From Aquificaceae bacterium (GTDB taxonomy: Bacteria > Aquificota > Aquificia > Aquificales > Aquificaceae): a DNA stretch of 64,000 nt. Below the pieces are notes generated by a model. That model was given only the letters and a program-made list of their open reading frames with translations, had not been told where the DNA came from and did not search any database. The DNA lies in assembly GCA_037924335.1 (NCBI GenBank), contig JAXSMZ010000001.1, positions 11,911-75,910 on the forward strand, written 5' to 3'. Shown piece after piece: positions 50,567 to 59,927 of this stretch (position 1 is its first letter; every line of letters starts with the position of its first letter). Both the position numbers and the translations under genes were made by a program.

Positions 50567-51798
50567 GGCAGCTTTAAGGAAACGTTCACCATATAAACCT
50601 CCCCTTCCTTCGACTGTTCTATGCTGAGCTCACACTCCATCATGCAGGACAGCTCACGAGCCACGTAAAGCCCTATACCAGTAAACTTCCCTTCAAAGGG
50701 TCTAAAGAGCTTTTCTTCGTCCATGCATCTTTCGGAGAGGTTACCAACCCTAATGTAGGCATGTCTCTGATCCTTCTCCACGTGTATATCTACAAAGCTA
50801 TCTTCAATCCCATGCCTTATAGAGTTATCCACAACTATGCCAAGGACTTCCAAAAGCATGTTCTTATCACAGTAAACAAAGATAGGTTCTTGGATTATGT
50901 GTAGTCTTATCTTCTTCCCTTCTGGGTCGTAGAGTCTCGTTAGATCATTTAAAAGGGGTTGCAAGTGGCACTTTTCTCTGTTGACCAGATTCTGCCGACT
51001 TTCCATCTTAGCCATCCTGAGAAAAGCCGTGAGATTCTTTTCCAATCTCCACAGTTCATCACGAACTACCATTAGCCTTTCATCTTTATAGAACCTAATG
51101 GCATCTTCCAAGAGAAGTAGGGCTGTGGATAGTGGTGTTTTTACAGAGTGGCTAAGAACCAAAAGTATGTTCCTATGCCTTTCTGAGGTTTCTTTGATCC
51201 TCTTTATCCCCTCATGCACTTTTTTCATAAAAGGCTTTAACTCTTCATAAACTTCAGCGTCAAACTTCTCTTCAAAGAGGCTCTGACCAGCCCTTTTAAT
51301 AGAACCTAACAGGGACCTTACAGCAAGAAGGTATATACCAACCAACGTGAGGAGAAAGAAAAGCCAGGAGATAAACAAAAAGACCTTTAGGCTCTCTAAA
51401 AACTCCCTCTCTGGCGTAAAGTTGACCGCATACTGGACATAAAAGCCATTTCCCCTTTTGTAGGTTAGCATCCTATAAAACCTACCTTTTTTTTCCACAA
51501 GGCGTAAATCTGGCAAGTACCATTCCTTACTGAAAGGTAAAAGGGTGTCCTCAGAGGCTTCCAAAAGGGCACCATTGGGGGTTCTTATGGCATAAAACTC
51601 ATAGCCTGGATGGAGTTCAAAATCCCTTCCAAGAAAGTAGGACTGCTCAAATATTTTTGCATCGTCCGTTATGTGTCTGTCTACGGATGTAAAGAGGGCT
51701 TTTTCCATTACCACATAAAGGACAAGGTTATAAAGACCAAAGAGAACAAGCAGGGCTGCAAAAAACAGGTTCAGCTGAAGCTTTATAGACCTTTTCAT
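50551..51798 (-). CDS. sensor histidine kinase
   Basis: Two TM helices, SHSVKTPL H-box, DNSIRHG N-box, TGIGL G2. Confidence 0.85.
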   Translation of the reverse strand: MKRSIKLQLNLFFAALLVLFGLYNLVLYVVMEKALFTSVDRHITDDAKIFEQSYFLGRDFELHPGYEFYAIRTPNGALLEASEDTLLPFSKEWYLPDLRLVEKKGRFYRMLTYKRGNGFYVQYAVNFTPEREFLESLKVFLFISWLFFLLTLVGIYLLAVRSLLGSIKRAGQSLFEEKFDAEVYEELKPFMKKVHEGIKRIKETSERHRNILLVLSHSVKTPLSTALLLLEDAIRFYKDERLMVVRDELWRLEKNLTAFLRMAKMESRQNLVNREKCHLQPLLNDLTRLYDPEGKKIRLHIIQEPIFVYCDKNMLLEVLGIVVDNSIRHGIEDSFVDIHVEKDQRHAYIRVGNLSERCMDEEKLFRPFEGKFTGIGLYVARELSCMMECELSIEQSKEGEVYMVNVSLKLPLILD

Positions 51799-52445
51799 TC
51801 TACTATGTATCCAACCCCTTTTGAAGATTTGATGAGGTCTTTAATCCCCAACCTCTTTCTTATCCTTGATATGAGAACTTCAAGACTGTTGCTATCAGAG
51901 TAATAGCTAAAGACCTTCTCCCTTAGCTCCTCCTTGCTTACATACCTCCCCCTGTTTAGGCATAGGTATTCAAGGATCGCATACTCTCCATGGGTAAGCC
52001 TTACCTCCCCATCTTTTACAAAGACCTTTTTCCTCTCTATATCCAGCCTTAAATCCCCTATCTGGATCGTATCGGAAGCACCCCTATAACTTCTCCTTAT
52101 CAAAGCCCTCACCCTTGCCAACAGCTCCTCAAGGTGGAAAGGTTTAGTAAGGTAGTCGTCCGCGCCCAAGCTAAAAAGCTTCACCTTTTGTGAAACTTCT
52201 GACATAACGGTAAGCATAAGAATGGGTGTATGAACACCCTCTTCCCTTAGCCTCTTTACTATCTTATCCCCATCTATGGCAGGAAGGAGTAAGTCCAACA
52301 GAATAAGGTCAAAATCGCCCGATAGAGCCAATTCAAGACCCCTCCTCCCATCCAAAGCCAAACTTACCCTATAGCCTTCTCTTTCAAGAACATCTTTCAA
52401 AGACCTTGCCAAAGAGACATCATCCTCTATGAGAAGTATCCTCAA
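51795..52445 (-). CDS. OmpR-family response regulator
   Basis: LIEDD, LLDLLLP, GADDYLTKPF, winged helix ending GVGY. Confidence 0.95.
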   Translation of the reverse strand: MRILLIEDDVSLARSLKDVLEREGYRVSLALDGRRGLELALSGDFDLILLDLLLPAIDGDKIVKRLREEGVHTPILMLTVMSEVSQKVKLFSLGADDYLTKPFHLEELLARVRALIRRSYRGASDTIQIGDLRLDIERKKVFVKDGEVRLTHGEYAILEYLCLNRGRYVSKEELREKVFSYYSDSNSLEVLISRIRKRLGIKDLIKSSKGVGYIVE

Positions 52446-52729
52446 GGCTTGGGACCTACCTCCATTAGCATCTTCTTACGAATTTCGTAATGCTCTCTCC
52501 TCATTTGTTCCTTTACATCCATCATACAAAGCCTCATATCTTCATAGCTCCCCGCCTTTTCCACACACTCCCTTTCCTTGGGTAGATACTTTTCTTTCAG
52601 CCTTATGAACTCCAACCTGTACTTTTTGCATACACTCCAGTTTTGCTCACACCATATACGTCCCTTTTCAGCCCTTGGATAGGCAAGGGCAAGGCTAACA
52701 AAAGCTGTGATGAAGATAAGTTTCTTCAT
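52442..52729 (-). CDS. small exported helical protein with four Cys
   Basis: Signal peptide, AAGGAGG RBS, ATGA-type overlap with the regulator gene. Confidence 0.75.
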   Translation of the reverse strand: MKKLIFITAFVSLALAYPRAEKGRIWCEQNWSVCKKYRLEFIRLKEKYLPKERECVEKAGSYEDMRLCMMDVKEQMRREHYEIRKKMLMEVGPKP

Positions 52730-52766
52730 GACTCTACCTCCTTATAAATTTAGTCTAAGTGTTTTC

Positions 52767-52783
52767 ATTAACGGATAATTAAC
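52767..52783 (-). promoter_or_regulatory. putative autoregulatory OmpR-family box
   Basis: GTTAAT-N5-GTTAAT direct repeat (11-bp period) then TAGACT 9 nt downstream. Confidence 0.55.
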
Positions 52784-52810
52784 ACCATTTAGAATGCTAA
52801 AATTTTTCAG

Positions 52811-54172
52811 ATGAAAGGGTCCCTTTTGATAGTGGATGATGAAAAAAGTATAAGAGATACCTTGAGAAGTCTTCTTGAGGAGGAGGGTTATCGTGTTAAG
52901 ACTGCAGAGAGTTTAGAAAAGGCAAGGAAGCTTGTGCAATCCGAGTACTTCTATGCTGTCCTTTTAGACATTTGGCTGCCAGATGGAAACGGTTTAGATT
53001 TTCTGGAAGAGCTTAGAAATTATCTCCCAGATGCAAGCGTGATAGTGATAACCGGCCATGGAAAGGTGGAGCATGCAGTTAAAGCCATAAAGGAGGGAGC
53101 CTATGACTTTTTGGAAAAACCCTTTTCCATGGAGAGGCTTTTGCTCACAGTCGAGAGAGCCATTCATGAGGTTATAAGGAAAAGGGAAAGCCCAAAAGAA
53201 GAGGATGAGATCATCGGAAGGTCCAAGCCTATTCTTGAAGTTAAAGAGGTGATAAGAAAAGTGGCCAGAACAAACATAAATGTTCTCATCCTAGGTGAAA
53301 GCGGGACTGGTAAGGAGCTTGTTGCCAAATATATTCACAAGCTCTCTGATAGAAGGGATTTTCCCTTTGTTGACCTAAACTGCGCATCCTTTCCAGAGGA
53401 CCTAATAGAAGCCGAGCTTTTTGGTTATGAGAAGGGCGCTTTCACATCAGCCATGACAAGAAAGCAGGGAAAGTTAGAGCTTGCGCATGGAGGAACGCTT
53501 TTCTTGGACGAGATAGGGGATATGAGCCCTGTGGCTCAGGCCAAGCTCCTCAGAGTACTCGAGACTAAAAGATTTACAAGGCTTGGTGGAAACCAAGTCA
53601 TAGAATCCGATTTTAGAGTTATATCAGCATCCAACAAAGACCTTATGGATGAGATCAGAAAGGGTAAGTTCAGAGAAGACCTTTATTACAGAATATCAGC
53701 CTTTATCATAAAGCTGCCGCTCTTAAGGGAAAGGGGTGAGGACGTGTTATTGCTCGCTGAGTACTTTTTAAACAAGTTTGCAAGAGAGTATGGAAAACCA
53801 ACAAAGTACTTAACGGAGGATGCCAGATCACTGCTCATGTCTTACGAATGGAGGGGTAACGTGCGTGAGCTTAAAAACCTCATGGAAAGAATTGTCATAC
53901 TCTCTACGGGAGAGAAGATAAGTGCGGACGATATAAAGTCGCTGGATATAAGCATAAAAAATAACTACGATAAGCTTTTCATAGAAAGGGACCTAAAACG
54001 TGCAAAGCAAGAGTTTGAAAGGCTGTTTATAGAAGAAAAACTGAAAGAATACGGTTACGATCTAAGGAAGGTATCGGAAGTTATAAACATAGACATTTCT
54101 AACCTCTACAGGAAGGCAAAACAGTATGGCATAGATATAAAGAGTAAAGGGGGAGGAGCATCTCCCCTTTGA
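52811..54172 (+). CDS. NtrC/NtrX-family response regulator (REC-AAA+-HTH)
   Basis: LIVDDE, LLDIWLP, GESGTGKE, GAFTSA variant, FREDLYYR. Confidence 0.93.
   Translation: MKGSLLIVDDEKSIRDTLRSLLEEEGYRVKTAESLEKARKLVQSEYFYAVLLDIWLPDGNGLDFLEELRNYLPDASVIVITGHGKVEHAVKAIKEGAYDFLEKPFSMERLLLTVERAIHEVIRKRESPKEEDEIIGRSKPILEVKEVIRKVARTNINVLILGESGTGKELVAKYIHKLSDRRDFPFVDLNCASFPEDLIEAELFGYEKGAFTSAMTRKQGKLELAHGGTLFLDEIGDMSPVAQAKLLRVLETKRFTRLGGNQVIESDFRVISASNKDLMDEIRKGKFREDLYYRISAFIIKLPLLRERGEDVLLLAEYFLNKFAREYGKPTKYLTEDARSLLMSYEWRGNVRELKNLMERIVILSTGEKISADDIKSLDISIKNNYDKLFIERDLKRAKQEFERLFIEEKLKEYGYDLRKVSEVINIDISNLYRKAKQYGIDIKSKGGGASPL
54146..54170. terminator. probable terminator hairpin between convergent genes
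   Basis: AAAGGGGGAG...CTCCCCTTT stem. Confidence 0.55.
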
Positions 54173-54178
54173 AGAACC

Positions 54179-54397
54179 TTACTTCTTCTCTTCCTTCTTC
54201 TCCTCTTTCTTCTCTTCTTTCTTCTCTTCCTTCTTTACCTTCTTCTTTACTTTCTTATGCTTCTTTACTTTCTTCTCCTCCTTCTTTTGCTCTTGGGCTG
54301 GCTTTTCTTCCTTTTTCTCGGCTGGTGCGGCAGGCTCTGCTGCCAAAGCTGCTCCTGCAAAGGCTACTGTGAAAAGAGCTGCTAGAAGCTTCCTCAT
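54179..54397 (-). CDS. small exported Lys/Glu-rich low-complexity protein (Asr-like)
   Basis: Signal peptide ending ALA, KKEE repeats, AAGGAGG RBS. Confidence 0.75.
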   Translation of the reverse strand: MRKLLAALFTVAFAGAALAAEPAAPAEKKEEKPAQEQKKEEKKVKKHKKVKKKVKKEEKKEEKKEEKKEEKK

Positions 54398-54479
54398 GTT
54401 CTTACCTCCTTTTAAGTTTGATTAGTTTAATTTTACGGATGGGAAGATGAAAATTTAATGAAACCTGAAGGGCCCACAT

Positions 54480-55340
54480 CTACAGAAGAGATTTTAGGAG
54501 CAACAAGAGCATCTGGTATAGGATGGAGGTCATACCTACAAGATAGTACAATCTTGTAACACTTTGTAGCTTAGTATTTGCCAGAATATAACCAAGCGTC
54601 ACAAGAGTGGGCAGGGAAAAAGAATTTATAAGGTTTAACCTTTCATCCCTCCTTAAAAAGTCCTTCCTTCTTTCCACATTAACAAGCTTTTCTAAGTTCA
54701 ACGTGTATTTGGAAAAGCCAGTTAGATAAGACTTTTTTTCTTCTTTTATAAGTACTACCCCGTCCCCAAAGATTATGTTCTCTCCTTCTAACAGGGCTCT
54801 TCTTGCAAGTATTACATCGCTACCTTTTTTAAAGAAAACATTGTAAAAGTTGCTTCCTGATTTCCTTTCCACATAGAGGGTAACATCTCCAAAGGTAGAA
54901 AAATTCTTTTCTGGGGAAGAGTATATGAGGCTTGTATAGTACTTATAGGTCAGATACCTTCTCATGAAGGATATATCTTCCTCATGCAATAAAAAGCTTG
55001 CCATTATTAATAGGAAAAAGATGGGTATGAGTCTTACGAGCGTTTTAGAGTAAAAAGTAAAGGGTGATACACCAAAAGATTGAAGTATATGCAGCTTTTT
55101 TTCTTCCTTTATCTCAAAGAACACCAGGGAAGACCCTATAAAGGAAGAGGTTGGGAAGAAATAAAAGGTAGCGTATAGAAGCCACATTAGTATAAAAAGC
55201 AGCGATTGACCTATGGGGATAGAAAAGAGTATCTTATCAAAGCTTGTAAACTGGAAGACGATGAGAGCAGATGATAGGATCAAACTTACGATTATGGAAG
55301 TTTTTGTTATTCTCCATGCTATCCAATTCCAAAACATCAC
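54480..55340 (-). CDS. LptF/LptG family LPS export permease (short)
   Basis: TM helices, ILQSFGVSP motif, beta-rich periplasmic part. Confidence 0.65.
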   Translation of the reverse strand: MMFWNWIAWRITKTSIIVSLILSSALIVFQFTSFDKILFSIPIGQSLLFILMWLLYATFYFFPTSSFIGSSLVFFEIKEEKKLHILQSFGVSPFTFYSKTLVRLIPIFFLLIMASFLLHEEDISFMRRYLTYKYYTSLIYSSPEKNFSTFGDVTLYVERKSGSNFYNVFFKKGSDVILARRALLEGENIIFGDGVVLIKEEKKSYLTGFSKYTLNLEKLVNVERRKDFLRRDERLNLINSFSLPTLVTLGYILANTKLQSVTRLYYLVGMTSILYQMLLLLLKSLL

Positions 55341-56974
55341 TCCTTTATCTTTCCCTTTAGTCTTTCCTCCTGCCCAGGCTCTCCCTTTTTACCAGCTTTG
55401 AGAAGCTCCATGGCTCTCCTGTAATACTCAATTGCCTCTTCCTTTCTCCCAAGTTTTAAAAGCACATCTCCCATGTGTTCATTTATTACCGGGTCTTTCT
55501 TTTCCTTAGAGTAAGCTTCTTTTAGGAGCTTATAAGCTTCCTCGTACCTTCCCCTGTAATAGAGTACCCATGCGTAACTGTCCATGTATGCTGGGTTTTC
55601 TTTATCCTTTGAAAGTGCAAAAAGTATGAGTTTTTCTGCTTCGTCCACCCTTGCTGGTCCGTACCAGAGAAGAAGAGAGTATCCTAGATGGTTGTAAAGC
55701 TCTGGATCTTCTGGGTTTAGCTCTATAGCCCTTCTGAGGTTTTCTTCTGCATTAATTATCTGACCTGCTTTATCGTTTACCAAGGCTTTTATAAAGTATC
55801 CTCTGTAATCTTTGGGGTTTATACTTATGGCTTTGTCAACATACTTCAGAGCTTCCTGTGGCTTTTCTTCTTCGCTCAGAAGATTGCCCATCAGGAGGTT
55901 TAGCTCGTAGCTGTTTGGATTTGTGGATAGCCCTTTTTTCAGCAGACCTTCCGCCTTTTGGTGGTCTCCTCTGTCCATGTATATGCCTGCAAGCCTCTCT
56001 ATAACCTTTGTGTTCGTTGGGTCTTTTTCGTACAGCTTTTCGTATATATCCTTTGCTTTGTCCGTCTCCTTGGTGAGTTCAAGCACCAGCGCATAAGTGT
56101 AGGCTACGTCAACATGGTCTGGATTTTCTGAGTAAAGCTCATGGAGAACCTTCTTAGCCTCATCATAACGAGAGCTCCTTACGAGAACAATGGCGTACTG
56201 ATAAGCATAGTTTCCTTCTGGGTATAGTTGAGAGAGCCTCTTGTAAATGTCCCTCGCCTCTTCAAGCCTGTTAGTCATAACATACAAGTAGGCCAACCTT
56301 TCGAGGGCTACCCTGTTATCTGGTGATTCTTTCAATATACTCGTATAAAGTTGCTCAGCATTGGTGTACTCTCCCTTCTCCTCATATATGCTCCCTAAGG
56401 TTATAAAACCAGCTTCAAAGGTCTTTTTTATCTGAAGCGACTTTTCTAAGTATTTTATGGCAAGGTCTCTGTTTCCTTCTGACAGATATATCCTTGCGAG
56501 CATATAGTAAGGTAGTGGATTGTCTGAACTCTCCTTTGCTAAGTTTTCAACCACTGCCTTTGCTTTCTCATTCTCTCCCCTTTTGAGATACTCATCGGCC
56601 AAAAAAAGCATTATCTCCTTTGAATTTGGGAGTCCTTTGTAGCCTTCTTCTAAAGCCAAAAGTGCCTTGTCTTTCTGTCCCATAAGTGAGTACACGCTGT
56701 GCAATGTAAGATAAGATTCGTAATTCTTAGGATATGAGCTTTTGAGCTTTTGAGCAAGCTTTAAGGCTTTTTCCTTCTTTTTTAAAATTAGCTCAAGCCT
56801 TATGGTATCCACAAAGAGAGTTAGGCTTGATGACCTATCCAATGCGCGTAGACAGTATTTTTCTGCAACTTCTGGTCTCTCTTCCTGAAAATACCTGCAA
56901 AAGAAATAATCTGTGTAAGGGTTGTATGCAAAGGAAATAAGGGGCAAAAGGGTCAAAAAGAGTAAATGTTTCAT
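55337..56974 (-). CDS. exported TPR-repeat protein
   Basis: Many TPR units, NHLGYSL, DSYAWVLY, EHMGDV. Confidence 0.88.
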   Translation of the reverse strand: MKHLLFLTLLPLISFAYNPYTDYFFCRYFQEERPEVAEKYCLRALDRSSSLTLFVDTIRLELILKKKEKALKLAQKLKSSYPKNYESYLTLHSVYSLMGQKDKALLALEEGYKGLPNSKEIMLFLADEYLKRGENEKAKAVVENLAKESSDNPLPYYMLARIYLSEGNRDLAIKYLEKSLQIKKTFEAGFITLGSIYEEKGEYTNAEQLYTSILKESPDNRVALERLAYLYVMTNRLEEARDIYKRLSQLYPEGNYAYQYAIVLVRSSRYDEAKKVLHELYSENPDHVDVAYTYALVLELTKETDKAKDIYEKLYEKDPTNTKVIERLAGIYMDRGDHQKAEGLLKKGLSTNPNSYELNLLMGNLLSEEEKPQEALKYVDKAISINPKDYRGYFIKALVNDKAGQIINAEENLRRAIELNPEDPELYNHLGYSLLLWYGPARVDEAEKLILFALSKDKENPAYMDSYAWVLYYRGRYEEAYKLLKEAYSKEKKDPVINEHMGDVLLKLGRKEEAIEYYRRAMELLKAGKKGEPGQEERLKGKIKE

Positions 56975-57852
56975 TCAGTACTCCTGTATATGAGTATGGG
57001 TATATCAACCTTCCTTAGGACCTCAGAGGATGTACTTCCAAGAAGAACCCGCTGGAGCGAAGAAAGCCCACGACTACCCATGACCAGAAGGTCATAGTCT
57101 GGATTAGCCTTTATGTAATTAAGTATTCCATCCACTGGGCTTTTTTCCTGCAAGATCTCAAACTTAGCCTCTAACCCCTCTTCCCTTGCCTTCTTTACAA
57201 GCCCTTCAAAGTACCTGAGCTTCTCCTCCTTGTACCTTTCACTTATCACATCCTTGATGTTTGCCACAACAGGAAGCTCTATAGTCTCCTCCACATGAAG
57301 CAGGATGACCTCCGACCTGAGCGGTTTTAAAAGATCAAGGGCAAGTTTAAAGGCCCTTTCTGCATGCAGGGAAAGGTCATGGGCTATTAGAACCTTCCTA
57401 AAGCTTTCTACCTCCTTCCCTTTCATGATGAAGAGTGGTTTCTTTGTGTACCTTGCTACCTTCTCTGCCGTTGAGCCCACAAGTATCTTCTCTATAAGCC
57501 CCTTCCTGTGACTTCCCATAAGGATAATGTCTGCTAAGACCTCTTTTTCAAGGATAAGCTCTGCTGGGTCACCAATTTCCACTATGAGTTCACTCTCTAT
57601 GGGCTTTAGATAGTCTGCAAGCCCTTTTAGTCTCTCTTTAGCTTCAGATTCTTTCTTCTTTTCAAGGTCTGAAAGGAGCTCAAGGTCTATAACGCTCATG
57701 CCAAAGCTCTCTGGATATGGAAGGTACACTATGGGAGAGACAGCATGAAGAAGTATAACCTTAGCCTTGTGTTGCTCAGCTAAGTTTTTCACCAATCTGA
57801 GCAGTGGGTTGGTTATCTCTGTAAAATCAACAGGCACCAAAAATTTCATCAT
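56971..57852 (-). CDS. tandem-domain universal stress protein
   Basis: LVPVDF, MGSH..LVGSTAEKV, MGSRG..LLGSTS. Confidence 0.92.
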   Translation of the reverse strand: MMKFLVPVDFTEITNPLLRLVKNLAEQHKAKVILLHAVSPIVYLPYPESFGMSVIDLELLSDLEKKKESEAKERLKGLADYLKPIESELIVEIGDPAELILEKEVLADIILMGSHRKGLIEKILVGSTAEKVARYTKKPLFIMKGKEVESFRKVLIAHDLSLHAERAFKLALDLLKPLRSEVILLHVEETIELPVVANIKDVISERYKEEKLRYFEGLVKKAREEGLEAKFEILQEKSPVDGILNYIKANPDYDLLVMGSRGLSSLQRVLLGSTSSEVLRKVDIPILIYRSTE

Positions 57853-57853
57853 C

Positions 57854-58642
57854 TTACAAAACCTCTATGTTAGATTTTACAGCATTTTCTATATGGGGAA
57901 AGGCTTTTGGACTTGCCGCTATAACATCCGTACCTTTGGATAGCCCTTTTGTAAGGTAAACCCTTCCACCTGCCTCTTGCACCAAAAGCATGCCAGCGCA
58001 CACATCCCATGGGTTTAGCTCAAACTCTACAAGACCATCGAATATCCCCTCTGCTACAAAGCAAAGGTCAACGGCTGCAGCTCCTGGCCTTCTCATAGCA
58101 CCGACCTTTTCAAAGAGGTCTCTAATTATTCTCCAGTAAACGTTCAGGTCTCTCCTTGCCCTTGATGGATAACCGTAAGCTATATAAAAGTGTTTTACTT
58201 GCTCCCTCTGACTCACCCTTATGATTCTGTCGTTTTTGTAAGCTCCTCTTCCCTTTACTGCCCAATAGAGTGTATCAAAGTAAGGGAGATAAACAGCTCC
58301 AACAACGGGTTCTTTCTTGTAAACAACGCCTACAGAGACACCAAATATGGGGAATCCAGCTATGTAGTTTTTAGTACCGTCAAGGGGGTCCACGTACCAA
58401 ACGTAGTCATGGTTATCTACCCCGCCTTCCTCTTCTCCTATAACACTATGGTCTGGAAAGTTCTTCTTTATTTTTTTCCTTATAACCTCTTCGGACTTTT
58501 TGTCCACATAGCTCACCACATCCTTCTCTGATTTTTCTTCTATATCCCCTTGGGAGATCTTACCAAAATGTTCCTTTAGCACTTTGCCACCCATCAGAGC
58601 TGACTCTTTTGCCACCCTTAAGATAACTTCCAAACTTTCCAT
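57854..58642 (-). CDS. suhB: inositol monophosphatase / FBPase family
   Basis: GEE, WYVDPLDGTKNY, RRPGAAA, PWDVCAG. Confidence 0.9.
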   Translation of the reverse strand: MESLEVILRVAKESALMGGKVLKEHFGKISQGDIEEKSEKDVVSYVDKKSEEVIRKKIKKNFPDHSVIGEEEGGVDNHDYVWYVDPLDGTKNYIAGFPIFGVSVGVVYKKEPVVGAVYLPYFDTLYWAVKGRGAYKNDRIIRVSQREQVKHFYIAYGYPSRARRDLNVYWRIIRDLFEKVGAMRRPGAAAVDLCFVAEGIFDGLVEFELNPWDVCAGMLLVQEAGGRVYLTKGLSKGTDVIAASPKAFPHIENAVKSNIEVL

Positions 58643-58664
58643 ACAGTAGTAAAGTATAACATTT

Positions 58665-59927
58665 TTAAGAGGTTAGCCTTATAAAAGGTATCTCGCTCAT
58701 TGTAGGATGCGGGAGTGGTACCTTTGACATGGTGCTCACATCAAGCTCTGCATGAAGGGACACGGTAAGGCTTGATATTATGTCTGCGGCATGTTTAGAG
58801 AGAACCTCAGCCCCCAGAAGAAAACCACTGTTGTCAAAGTAAAGAAAACATATACCCTCTTCTGAGTGTTGAATGTGAGGCATGGCAAAAGCTTTAAGGC
58901 TTACGCTCTTCTCTGTATACTTTATGCCTCTCTTTTCAAGGTCTGTCTTGCCAAAGCCTACCTTTGCATAGGATAGGGGTATTGTGTAAAGCACGTAAGG
59001 TATCTTCTCAGGTTTTATATAAAAGCCCCTACCTTCTGTTATTTTCTTAGAGACGCTTATGGCTTGAAGCCTAGCCGCATGGGCAGTTTCCGATATACCG
59101 TTTACATCTCCCACAGCATAATGGTTCTTCAAGACTGTCTCGTAGTTCCTGTCAACTATGAAGTGGTTTTCCTCATCCCTTGTGATCAGGTCACCAACGC
59201 TTTCCCAGTTTGGAACTCTCTTTTTTACAACCAGCGTCTTACTTCCCTTTTTGCTCCCCATATCCTTAGTACTAAAAAGCTTTATACCAACGGTATCCAT
59301 TTCTTTCATAAGCCTTTTTTTTATGCTAGGGTGCATAAAGCTAAACGGCTCATCAAAGTACACCTCTGTACGAGATCCAAGGATGGCAAGCATGGTTGCA
59401 AACTCAAAACCTATATGGTCATCCCCCACTATGCTTATCTCCTCTGGGACCTCTTCAAGCTCAAGTATCTGGTCTGTGTTGAACACATTAACACCATCAG
59501 TTTCAAGGGGATGCCTTTTGCCCACATTTATTATTACATTTTCCCCGCTTATTCTCTTACCGTTTACTTCAACTACATGCGGTTCTACAAGTCTTCCCTC
59601 ACCATAAAAAATGTCCACACCCTTTAGAAGCTTCTCTATATCCTCTCTTAGCCTCTTTATGAAACCCCTTTTGTACTCAAGCAGGGTCTTTAAGTTTATT
59701 TTTTGAAAGTTAAAAGATGCAAGCCTCGATAGCTTAGCATCGTATATCTTTTGAGCCTCAAACATGTACAGCTTTGTGGGTATACAGCCCTCATGAAGGC
59801 ATACACCACCCAGATGCTCTCTCTTTTTTTCTATCAGGGCAACCTTAAGCCCCCTGTTTTTTAAGACCTCAGCTCCCACGTAAGCCAGTCCACCCCCAAG
59901 TATGACCACATGGTAATCAAATTTCAT
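58665..59927 (-). CDS. lpdA: dihydrolipoamide dehydrogenase-like protein (divergent)
   Basis: GGVCLHEGCIPTK, YAVGDV, HPTMSE; operon with E1 and E2. Confidence 0.8.
   Translation of the reverse strand: MKFDYHVVILGGGLAYVGAEVLKNRGLKVALIEKKREHLGGVCLHEGCIPTKLYMFEAQKIYDAKLSRLASFNFQKINLKTLLEYKRGFIKRLREDIEKLLKGVDIFYGEGRLVEPHVVEVNGKRISGENVIINVGKRHPLETDGVNVFNTDQILELEEVPEEISIVGDDHIGFEFATMLAILGSRTEVYFDEPFSFMHPSIKKRLMKEMDTVGIKLFSTKDMGSKKGSKTLVVKKRVPNWESVGDLITRDEENHFIVDRNYETVLKNHYAVGDVNGISETAHAARLQAISVSKKITEGRGFYIKPEKIPYVLYTIPLSYAKVGFGKTDLEKRGIKYTEKSVSLKAFAMPHIQHSEEGICFLYFDNSGFLLGAEVLSKHAADIISSLTVSLHAELDVSTMSKVPLPHPTMSEIPFIRLTS

Noticed and set aside
54169..54372. Ser/Leu-rich plus-strand ORF and TTC-rich repeats
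   Set aside because: Antisense of the KKEE-repeat gene; the repeats are coding, not a CRISPR array or satellite.
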